DNA of 64,000 nucleotides from an uncultured bacterium (GTDB lineage: Bacteria; Patescibacteriota; Patescibacteriia; UBA9570; XYC2-FULL-38-9). Shown here piece after piece: positions 42,056-49,376 of this stretch (positions within the stretch are counted from its first letter, which is position 1; each line of letters starts with the position of its first letter). Both the position numbers and the translations under genes were made by a program. The notes beneath the pieces were generated by a model. That model did not search any database, was not told the DNA's origin, and saw nothing but the letters and a program-made list of their open reading frames with translations. The stretch lies in the NCBI GenBank assembly GCA_937996685.1, contig CALKUP010000001.1, positions 181,571 to 245,570 on the forward strand, written 5' to 3'.

Positions 42056-42373
42056 ATGAATATTTCAGCAGAAGAGATTAAAAAACTGGCAAGTTTAGCA
42101 AAATTGCATTTGGAAGAAAGTGCAATTCCAAAGCTAACAGTGGACCTGAATAACATCTTTCATCACATCGAAGTGTTGAAGACGTTGGATTTGGGGGAAG
42201 TGCCAGAAACGAACGCTATCCATCATCAATCAACAGTGTTGCGGGCTGATGAGTCGTCGATGACGTTTGCGAAAGAAGACATGTTGCCGACAATGCCGCG
42301 AACAGATGAAGCTGGAAATTTGATCGTGAACGCTGTTTTTCAAGATTCAGATGAAACAACACACGCCGTATGA
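42056..42373 (+). CDS. gatC: Asp/Glu-tRNA amidotransferase subunit C
   Basis: ISAEEIKKLASLAKL, VLRADE; overlaps gatA. Confidence 0.85.
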   Translation: MNISAEEIKKLASLAKLHLEESAIPKLTVDLNNIFHHIEVLKTLDLGEVPETNAIHHQSTVLRADESSMTFAKEDMLPTMPRTDEAGNLIVNAVFQDSDETTHAV

Positions 42374-43821
42374 ACCTACAAACAATGACACTCCAAGAGC
42401 TGCGCACCGCGCTCGATGCAAAACAGATTTCGGCGCTTGATGTGACAAATAGTTATTTGGCGCAGATTGAAGAAACAAATCCGACGTTGAATAGTTTTAT
42501 TACAGTAACAGCAGAGCATGCTCGTGCTCGCGCAGCGCACGCGCAAAAAGAAATCGATGCCGGCAACAGTGGTCCGTTTACAGGCATTCCGTATGTCGCA
42601 AAAGATTTGTTCGCCACTCGTGGCATTTTAACAACCGCCGCTTCAGACGTGCTTGCAGAATATATTCCGCCATATAATGCGACCGTGATTGAAGATTTGG
42701 TTGACGCACCAATGCTCGGAAAAGCGAATATGGATGAATATGCAATGGGAACAACGGGTGAGTATTCGGCTTTTGGGCCAACAAAAAATCCATATGATCT
42801 CGCGCGTGTGTCGGGTGGCAGTTCATCTGGCTCAGCGGCCTCAGTTGCAAGCGGGCAAACCCCGTGGTCACTCGGAACCGATACTGGTGGCAGTATTCGA
42901 TTACCAGCCGGCTTTACACACACAGTTGGATTTAAACCGACGTACGGAACCTATTCACGGTACGGTGCGATCGCAATGGCGAGTTCGCTTGATACAGTCG
43001 GAACGTTTACGCGGACAGTTGAAGATGCGGCGTATCTGCTGGAACATCTTGCACACCGCGATCCGCTGGACACAACATCACGCGAAACAGTGAATCAGCA
43101 AGGGTTAACCGAGCGTGTGCGACAGGCTGATATCAGAGGCATGAAGTTTGGAGTGCCTCGAGAATTTATGGAATTAGAAGGGATGCAACCAGCTGTGAAA
43201 GAAGCATTCATGCACGCTATTGAAAAAATTACCGCAGCAGGAGGGGAGATTGTGGAGATTTCATTGCCGCACGCAGAATATGCAATTAATGCATATTATA
43301 TTTTAGCGCCATCCGAAGTGAGTAGTAACATGGCGCGATATGATGGCTTGCAATTTGGATCTCGTGCACTTGGAAATTCAATTGACGAGGTGATGATGAA
43401 CGCGCGCGCAAAATTTGGCGCTGAAGTGCAACGTCGTATTTTAATCGGAACATACACGCTCTCTGGAGAGTTTGATGAAAGTTTGTATCACATCGCATCA
43501 AAAGTGCGCACCTTAATCATCAATGATTTTGCAGCTGCAATGACGCAAGTCGACGCAATTATTTGTCCGAGTAGTCCAAGTATCCCATTTGCGTTGGGTG
43601 AAAATGCCAATGACCCACTCGCAATGTGGTTGCTTGATATCTTTACTGTTCCGATGAATCTTGCTGGCGTTCCAGCAGTGACAATTCCGGGACCGCTCGC
43701 ACATGGATTACCAGCCGGCATTCAATGTATTGGTGCGTATGGACGAGACGAGCAAACATTAGTGGCGGCAGCAGCAATGGAAAAGGTCTTGATGAGTACA
43801 TCTCCAGTTCTTGCGGTGTAA
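42370..43821 (+). CDS. gatA: Asp/Glu-tRNA amidotransferase subunit A
   Basis: GKANMDE, GGSSSGSAA, GTDTGGSIR, SSNMARYDG, RRILIGT. Confidence 0.95.
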   Translation: MNLQTMTLQELRTALDAKQISALDVTNSYLAQIEETNPTLNSFITVTAEHARARAAHAQKEIDAGNSGPFTGIPYVAKDLFATRGILTTAASDVLAEYIPPYNATVIEDLVDAPMLGKANMDEYAMGTTGEYSAFGPTKNPYDLARVSGGSSSGSAASVASGQTPWSLGTDTGGSIRLPAGFTHTVGFKPTYGTYSRYGAIAMASSLDTVGTFTRTVEDAAYLLEHLAHRDPLDTTSRETVNQQGLTERVRQADIRGMKFGVPREFMELEGMQPAVKEAFMHAIEKITAAGGEIVEISLPHAEYAINAYYILAPSEVSSNMARYDGLQFGSRALGNSIDEVMMNARAKFGAEVQRRILIGTYTLSGEFDESLYHIASKVRTLIINDFAAAMTQVDAIICPSSPSIPFALGENANDPLAMWLLDIFTVPMNLAGVPAVTIPGPLAHGLPAGIQCIGAYGRDEQTLVAAAAMEKVLMSTSPVLAV

Positions 43822-43877
43822 GGCGAGTTGGACGATAAAACGATTTCATGGTATAGTGCAGATAATAATATTGATAT

Positions 43878-44255
43878 ATGTCACAAGAAAAACAAACAGT
43901 ATTGCTCGTGGAGGACGACGAGATGCTTCACAACATGTATACCCAGAAATTCACAAAAGAAGGGTATGCGGTTCTTTCAGGGTACACTGGTTCAGAAGGC
44001 ATTCAACTTGCTGAAGAAAAACAGCCAGACATTATTTTGCTTGATATCATCATGCCAAAGATGGATGGTTTTGCCGCATTGAAGAAATTGAAAAAAAACG
44101 CTGCTACAAAAAATATTCCGGTGATCTTGCTGACGAACCTTGGTCAAGAAGAGGATATTCAAAAGGGGAAAGAATTGGGCGCGATTGATTATTTCATTAA
44201 AGCCAACCACACTCCTCAAGAAGTTGTTGATAAGGTGAAATCCGTCCTCTCATAA
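43878..44255 (+). CDS. Single-domain response regulator (receiver only)
   Basis: VEDD, LLDIIMPKMDG, LTN, FIKA. Confidence 0.9.
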   Translation: MSQEKQTVLLVEDDEMLHNMYTQKFTKEGYAVLSGYTGSEGIQLAEEKQPDIILLDIIMPKMDGFAALKKLKKNAATKNIPVILLTNLGQEEDIQKGKELGAIDYFIKANHTPQEVVDKVKSVLS

Positions 44256-44279
44256 GAGATAGAGCGTCACACACAGTCT

Positions 44280-44306
44280 GAGCCCTTGATCGGGCTCGTT
44301 TTTTTT
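44280..44306 (+). terminator. Intrinsic terminator
   Basis: GAGCCC-TTGATC-GGGCTC followed by G and a T-run. Confidence 0.7.
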
Positions 44307-44346
44307 GCTACAACTCACAGGTCATTTATTAACTAACTTTATTTTT

Positions 44347-44817
44347 ATGGCAATGGAACAAACTCTTATTATTGTAAAACCAGACGCGTTGCAACGAAAT
44401 CTTCTCGGTGAAATTATTCATCGTTTTGAACGCAAAGGTTTGAAGATCGTCGCATTGAAAATGGGACATATCACGGATGAAAAAGTAGCAGAACATTATT
44501 CACACCATGTTGAACGTCCGTTCTTTCCAGGCTTGAAGGCATTTATGCAAGCAGGACCAGTTGTGTTTGCTGTTCTCGAAGGTGTTGAAGCAATTGAAGC
44601 AGTTCGTATTATTGCCGGTGAAACAAAATCACGTACTGCAGACGCTGGAACAATCCGTGGTGATTTTGCGATGAGTATGCAAGCGAACATTGTGCATGCA
44701 TCTGATTCTCCAGAAAATGCTGTTGCTGAAATTGCTCGATTCTTTGCTCCGGAAGAAGTGCATGAATACAAAAAAGATTCAGATTCTTGGGTGTACTCAG
44801 AAGACGAACTTTCATAG
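44347..44817 (+). CDS. ndk: Nucleoside diphosphate kinase
   Basis: EQTLIIVKPD, RFERKG, GTIRGDF, NIVHASDS. Confidence 0.96.
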   Translation: MAMEQTLIIVKPDALQRNLLGEIIHRFERKGLKIVALKMGHITDEKVAEHYSHHVERPFFPGLKAFMQAGPVVFAVLEGVEAIEAVRIIAGETKSRTADAGTIRGDFAMSMQANIVHASDSPENAVAEIARFFAPEEVHEYKKDSDSWVYSEDELS

Positions 44818-44830
44818 TTGATTTGGCTTA

Positions 44831-44911
44831 GGGTGGTTGTCTCTCAAAAACCCGCTCGCGTTGCTCGCTGGCAGCCAAGCTGCTAATTGGTTTTGAGTAG
44901 ACAATACACCC
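44831..44911. repeat. Imperfect intergenic palindrome
   Basis: GGGTG-GTTGTCT-CTCAAAA pairs with TTTTGAG-T-AGACAAT-A-CACCC. Confidence 0.5.
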
Positions 44912-44945
44912 TCCGCCCACCATCTCTATGCAGTGAGTAATCAAT

Positions 44946-45572
44946 ATGCAGAATATTTTTTTAGTTTATATTGGAAGGGATCAAAAAGATGTCCAGGCAT
45001 ACGAGTGTGTATTGTCTTTTTCGCAGCTGACAGTTGAAGAGGCGAGCGGTCGTCAGTTTGACGCCGATGATTTTGTTATTATTACAAGTGGAACAACACC
45101 GTATCACGCAGCAGCAGAAGATCCGGAAATGCAAAGCGTTATTGCGATGTTGCGTAAGCTCTCAAAGAGTCACACGAAGACGCTTGCAATTGGCGTTGGG
45201 ATGTCAGCGCTCGCACTGGCGTTTGACGGGGAAGTGGAAGATCATAGTGAGCGCGCAGAAGCAGGAGTTGTTGAAATTCATCGGCTCGCGCCAGCAGAAG
45301 GGGACGCGGTATTTGGTGATATTCCAGAAACGTTTTCGGCTGTTGCGTATCGGCACGATGACATTATGCAATTACCCATTGAGTTTGTGCCGCTGGCAAA
45401 TTCAAAGATGGCGCAATTTCATGCAATCAAACTCGCTGGGAAACCAGTCTATGGATTGCAGTTTGATCCGTTGTTGTCAGTAGCGCATGAGAATCTTTCT
45501 GTTGTTGATCACGTAACAATTCAACAGATGCTTGTCGATTTGTCACTCCCGGTGAAAAATGTGGATAACTAA
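44946..45572 (+). CDS. Class I glutamine amidotransferase-like protein lacking the catalytic triad
   Basis: LAIGVGMSALA..FDGEV (normally GIC.G.Q), HDD, YGLQFDP (normally QFHPE). Confidence 0.65.
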   Translation: MQNIFLVYIGRDQKDVQAYECVLSFSQLTVEEASGRQFDADDFVIITSGTTPYHAAAEDPEMQSVIAMLRKLSKSHTKTLAIGVGMSALALAFDGEVEDHSERAEAGVVEIHRLAPAEGDAVFGDIPETFSAVAYRHDDIMQLPIEFVPLANSKMAQFHAIKLAGKPVYGLQFDPLLSVAHENLSVVDHVTIQQMLVDLSLPVKNVDN

Positions 45573-45576
45573 GGGG

Positions 45577-45605
45577 TTTACACGATAATCGTTATTGTGT
45601 AGTAT
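45577..45605 (+). promoter_or_regulatory. Promoter of attenuator unit A
   Basis: TTTACA-17-TAGTAT with extended TG. Confidence 0.55.
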
Positions 45606-45627
45606 TAGCGCAGTTAATAATCTTTTT

Positions 45628-45756
45628 ATGAAATCAGTCAAACAATCAGTACATCAATTTTGTTTGAACCTCCTCGTGGTGGCTGATTTTATCGTGTATC
45701 CGTTTGTTGCCATTATTACACGTTGGAACACTCGGGCGCATTTACTGAAAGTATAA
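45628..45756 (+). CDS. Leader peptide A, MKSVKQSVHQFCLNLLVVADFIVYPFVAIITRWNTRAHLLKV (42 aa)
   Basis: Short ORF whose 3' end contains the antiterminator strand. Confidence 0.55.
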   Translation: MKSVKQSVHQFCLNLLVVADFIVYPFVAIITRWNTRAHLLKV

Positions 45757-45815
45757 GATTATAGAAATTTTATAAGGAATCAGTAAACGCCCGAGGAGAA
45801 ATCCCCGGGCGTTTT
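45731..45815 (+). terminator. Attenuator A (antiterminator/terminator)
   Basis: CTCGGGCG-ca-TTTACTGA (45731-45748) pairs with TCAGTAAA-CGCCCGAG (45780-45795), competing with terminator AAACGCCCG...CGGGCGTTTT (45785-45815). Confidence 0.7.
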
Positions 45816-46037
45816 GATTAACAGATGATTATCAAGAGGAGGAAAGTGGTAATTATCTGAGAATCAACAGCATTCTCAGCGCACCTTTTGACAATCTAGC
45901 AACGCACAACAGTGTACTCAATTGACCTATTGAATTGAGCTGTGGTGAGAAGAGACGATGACGTGTTTGTTCGCTCTTTTCACCCCGGCTCTTCAATAGA
46001 GCCATTGCCGCGACGAAAGTCGCATTAGGAGGGACAC

Positions 46038-46382
46038 ATGTCCCACACGTCCGCGCCTGCAGCCTACACGACCGAGAACGCTCGCGCGATTCATTACCTT
46101 CGATTGGTGTACTTGATCACCAATCATCCTAATGACTTTGCTGTTCCCGCTTGGAGGCGGGACGCAAAGCACCTCGCGAATCTCCTGAAGCGCAAGCTCC
46201 AGGCTGATGTCAGCGACCCTGAGAGCCTCCGTGTTTGGGGGTTGGGGTTCCTGGGTCACAACACGGTCGATCGGCAGTTCCTGTCGATCTCTGATCGCGC
46301 GGCTCAGCGCTTGTCTCATCCCCGGACGGAATCTCCTCGTCGCGCTCAGGGCAGCCAACGCGTCTCTCTCGCTGATTGCTGA
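46038..46382 (+). CDS. Hypothetical protein (GC-rich, 114 aa)
   Basis: AGGAGG SD; downstream of attenuator A and boxA-like GCACCTTTTGACAAT (45881-45895). Confidence 0.55.
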   Translation: MSHTSAPAAYTTENARAIHYLRLVYLITNHPNDFAVPAWRRDAKHLANLLKRKLQADVSDPESLRVWGLGFLGHNTVDRQFLSISDRAAQRLSHPRTESPRRAQGSQRVSLADC

Positions 46383-46499
46383 CCTCTCCTCGGAGACCTT
46401 CGGCTTCAACCCCGCGGGTCTCCGGCATGGCAACACCTTTGTGCGTTGCCCATTTTCCGATGAACATAAATTTTGTGTTTATCGGTTGAGTGAAAAATT

Positions 46500-46568
46500 A
46501 TGTCTATACAATTCCGTTCAATTCAATCTATTGCAAGCCTCATTATTCTTTTGTGGCAGGATTTGTAG
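46500..46568 (+). CDS. Leader peptide B, MSIQFRSIQSIASLIILLWQDL (22 aa, Ile/Leu-rich)
   Basis: 5 Ile and 4 Leu codons; stop lies inside the antiterminator strand. Confidence 0.6.
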   Translation: MSIQFRSIQSIASLIILLWQDL

Positions 46569-46624
46569 TGGATTGATTCTTTTATCAGCATACTGCAAAT
46601 CCTGCGACTCCCGCAGGATTTTTT
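46556..46624 (+). terminator. Attenuator B (antiterminator/terminator)
   Basis: GCAGGATTTGTAGT (46556-46569) pairs with ACTGCAAATCCTGC (46592-46605), competing with terminator AAATCCTGCG-ACTCC-CGCAGGATTTTTT. Confidence 0.75.
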
Positions 46625-46709
46625 ATTGCTCTTTTTATGTCCGCGCCACTTCCTGATGTGTGATGTATTGGTTGATAGTTGCCAATATATTTCACCTTAG
46701 GAGGATCAG

Positions 46710-46901
46710 ATGGACAACGCGTCTGTAAACGCTCTCACTGTCGCTACTTCTCAAGAGGATGGCGATGCTTCCCTGGATGTCGTCGATCCGCAGTCAGAGG
46801 AGACTTCTTCTCGTACTGTGCACTCCGATTGTGTGTGGGAGGGCGTGCATCGGCCGCTTCCGACTCATCAACCGCGTTGGTGGGGAGAGTGGGCATTCTA
46901 A
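46710..46901 (+). CDS. Small hypothetical protein (63 aa, acidic N-terminus, Trp-rich C-terminus)
   Basis: AGGAGG SD; follows attenuator B and boxA-like TGCTCTTTTTAT (46627-46638). Confidence 0.5.
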   Translation: MDNASVNALTVATSQEDGDASLDVVDPQSEETSSRTVHSDCVWEGVHRPLPTHQPRWWGEWAF

Positions 46902-47063
46902 CGACTAAAATAAAAAAGTCGTTGCATTGAGATGTGCATTTCTGTGTTGCATCTCAATTTTTCTTAGTATGAATAGATTGAAATCCTTTGCTGTCGTTTA
47001 AAATATTTTTTGAACACAGAAAAAGAGGCAAGAAGATGAAACGGGAAGTGGTGTGACAGAGGG

Positions 47064-47153
47064 TCACGATTTCTGTGTTTCTTCTTCTTGCGGCGGAGGC
47101 GGGGACTCCTGCTGGGAGTCAGTCGGCCAGACCAGCTCGTACGGGTCGTACAT
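47064..47153 (-). CDS. Small peptide MYDPYELVWPTDSQQESPPPPQEEETQKS (29 aa; in-frame GTG at 47243 would give 59 aa)
   Basis: AAGGA SD-like upstream of ATG; follows attenuator C and boxA-like GTTCTTTGATAT (minus strand, 47256-47267). Confidence 0.4.
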   Translation of the reverse strand: MYDPYELVWPTDSQQESPPPPQEEETQKS

Positions 47154-47274
47154 GGCATTTCCTTGGCTTGTTATGGCCACCCGGCTCCTCGACGGAGAAG
47201 CACGGAACTCCTGGGACAACAATTTATCCAAGAGGTCCCGCACTTCTCAACGTCTATATCAAAGAACAAGATTC

Positions 47275-47335
47275 AAAAAAACCGCTCAAGTGGCGGGTTG
47301 ATGATCTATTTGCGAGAACAATCAATTAACCCACC
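47275..47335 (-). terminator. Attenuator C (antiterminator/terminator)
   Basis: Minus strand GGTGGGTT (47335-47328) pairs with AACCCGCC (47299-47292), competing with terminator CCGC-CACTTGA-GCGG-T7. Confidence 0.65.
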
Positions 47336-47409
47336 AGCGTGTGTGCAAAAAAGAATCCAAAAAAGAAGGATTGATCTGTGACACGTGTTGTGTGTAAGTG
47401 ATTATTCAT
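47326..47409 (-). CDS. Leader peptide C, MNNHLHTTRVTDQSFFFGFFFAHTLVG (27 aa, pheL-like)
   Basis: FFFGFFF run resembles E. coli pheL FFFAFFF; minus-strand promoter TTGACG-16-TATTCT just upstream. Confidence 0.65.
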   Translation of the reverse strand: MNNHLHTTRVTDQSFFFGFFFAHTLVG

Positions 47410-47491
47410 ACGTACAAATAGAATAGCAAACCATGAAAAATCGTCAAGACGAGCAAGGGATTGTCTGCAATAGGCTGATATCAGCAGAAAA

Positions 47492-47519
47492 TTGACAGAC
47501 AGCTGATTTTTGTTATAGT
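47492..47519 (+). promoter_or_regulatory. Promoter of attenuator unit D
   Basis: TTGACA-16-TATAGT with extended TG. Confidence 0.7.
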
Positions 47520-47528
47520 GATTGCGTT

Positions 47529-47588
47529 ATGAATATCTGCCTCTCATTTTTAAAGAAAGATAAGAAGATGAACCCTTTGCGTGGGTAA
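47529..47588 (+). CDS. Leader peptide D, MNICLSFLKKDKKMNPLRG (19 aa, Lys cluster)
   Basis: Starts 9 nt after the -10 box; last codons form the antiterminator strand. Confidence 0.55.
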   Translation: MNICLSFLKKDKKMNPLRG

Positions 47589-47641
47589 TGTTTGACAGTG
47601 TCTAAAAACATTTCAAACTCCCCACGTCGGGGAGTTTTTTT
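47580..47641 (+). terminator. Attenuator D (antiterminator/terminator)
   Basis: CGTGGG/CCCACG plus AATGTTT/AAACATT, competing with terminator AAACTCCCC-ACGTC-GGGGAGTTTTTTT. Confidence 0.7.
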
Positions 47642-47683
47642 ATAACAGACAATTGGTTTTCCGTGTGTGGATAAGAGAGGAAT

Positions 47684-49240
47684 ATGTACACACGGGCAAT
47701 CAAGCCTGACAATCACGTTCTCCTGGGGGAGATCATGACGTCCTTTGATAGCTCTGGTTCTACTGCAACTGTTGCCCTGGCTAAAAATGAAGGCATTGAC
47801 TGGGGTGAATTTAAGCCCCGAAGCCTCGACGAGGTCGCGAAGTTGCTCGGCATTCCGCTGAGTCGCGTGCTCCTCTGTCACCAGTTCGTGAACCATGATC
47901 CGGCGTGGATCATTCGTGAAGCGGACCTTGATGCGTACTTGGTGCGCATGGGCGCGGTTTGGACGCATGGTTTCTGTAGGGGGCAGGTGCTGACAACGCC
48001 GATGCTCCCGGGTGTCGTGCAAGATCATCTGCGCCCCCTTGGCTTCGCTTGTCGGCTCATCGAGAGCGATCGACCTGACTCGAGTCTGCGTCACGGCGAT
48101 GCTTTCCGGTTTGCCGGACACGACAGTGCTCTTGTTCAAGGCTGGGCAGATGACAATCGTGTCCTGCTGGCCAGCTTGGTCAGCCGAGACATGTCTGCAA
48201 GTGGTTTGTCCCGCATTACGCGCGGGGTGAGTCTCATGGTCAACTCCAAGCCGGAAATGCGCCGCGGCGCTGAAAAGTTTGGATTTCGGATGGCACCTGG
48301 TGGTGTCGTTCGGACGCTCGCTGACTGCGAGCGCGTCTGGAGTACTTGCTCCGGTGGCCGCGACGGTGAGGCAGACGGCTTCACCATGTGGTTGAAGGCT
48401 GACGGGAGTGGCTCGGACTTCGTCATTCGAGTGCGTAACCGTTTAGAGCTTCACGTTGCCTGCTTGGAGATGGTCAAGCGCGTGCTCGAGGGTCACGCAA
48501 CCTTGCCGTCTCAATGCAGAAGAGAAGTGAACGGAACTGTAATTCGCGGTTGGCGGGACGTACTTGAACGTGAAGGCCCCTTGCCAGAGGGCTTGGGATT
48601 TCCGATCCCGTTTGTCCTTGAAACGGATGCGACCGTGCTCGGCGAATTAGTCGCTAGCATCTGCTGGCAGGCGTTGATCTGTCTAGACGGTACGACCCGT
48701 GTTGTTGGGCACTCGGATCAGATCTTGTCGCCCGACGGATCGGAATGGTGGGGTTCCAAGCGCTCCTCGCTTGAACTTCCACCAGACTTCCGTGATCAGG
48801 CCGAACGGCTCGTGAAGTGGTATCGCCACTGCGGCTACACCGGCTTCATCGGGCCGGACGCGATCATCGTTCGTAATCGTGAGACCCAGGAACTCCAGAC
48901 GATCTGGATCGACCCGAACGGTCGGGCAGCCATGAGCACGACGGCTTTCATGGTTAGCAACGCGCTGTTTGACGGCGAGGGTGGGTGGATCAACACCAAC
49001 CTCACTTTGAGTGAGCCGCTGCAGAACTACACCCAGCTCCGCCAGCTCATCGGCGGAACGCTCCTCGACCCCGGCGGGGAAGACGGCGTTCAGGGTGTGG
49101 TTCTCGCGACCCGCACTGAGCCGGGCGAGCCCAGTCCGGTTCTCAAGCTGTGGTTCGGAAGTCGAGACGGCAACGGACTCGCGGCCTGCGAGGCGATGCT
49201 CGCCAAGCTCCAAGTCCGTGGAGTCAAGATCGGCAGCTAA
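47684..49240 (+). CDS. Divergent ATP-grasp superfamily protein, possible peptide/amino-acid ligase (GC-rich)
   Basis: NSK..MRR.A.KFG...PG, WLKADGSGS, FVLE, GYTGFIGPD...WIDPNGR. Confidence 0.6.
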   Translation: MYTRAIKPDNHVLLGEIMTSFDSSGSTATVALAKNEGIDWGEFKPRSLDEVAKLLGIPLSRVLLCHQFVNHDPAWIIREADLDAYLVRMGAVWTHGFCRGQVLTTPMLPGVVQDHLRPLGFACRLIESDRPDSSLRHGDAFRFAGHDSALVQGWADDNRVLLASLVSRDMSASGLSRITRGVSLMVNSKPEMRRGAEKFGFRMAPGGVVRTLADCERVWSTCSGGRDGEADGFTMWLKADGSGSDFVIRVRNRLELHVACLEMVKRVLEGHATLPSQCRREVNGTVIRGWRDVLEREGPLPEGLGFPIPFVLETDATVLGELVASICWQALICLDGTTRVVGHSDQILSPDGSEWWGSKRSSLELPPDFRDQAERLVKWYRHCGYTGFIGPDAIIVRNRETQELQTIWIDPNGRAAMSTTAFMVSNALFDGEGGWINTNLTLSEPLQNYTQLRQLIGGTLLDPGGEDGVQGVVLATRTEPGEPSPVLKLWFGSRDGNGLAACEAMLAKLQVRGVKIGS

Positions 49241-49294
49241 GTCTGTCGCATAGATGCGTTCACAAAACGTAACCGTGTAGACTTACTGTTGATT

Positions 49295-49326
49295 GGGGTG
49301 ATTGTGTATAACTCTCACCCCTTTTT
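49295..49326 (+). terminator. Intrinsic terminator
   Basis: GGGGTGA...TCACCCC followed by TTTTT. Confidence 0.6.
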
Positions 49327-49376
49327 ATTTATTGTAATCAATACCGCTTTCGCGCAAAATGTTCTATCATCATCCT

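Noticed and set aside
46964-47158. 64-aa minus-strand ORF MPCTT... as the product after attenuator C
   Set aside because: SD-like AAGGA is too close to this ATG; the ATG at 47153 in another frame is better spaced
45560-47674. Replication origin
   Set aside because: Only two DnaA boxes 2 kb apart, with no dense cluster and no dnaA/dnaN nearby
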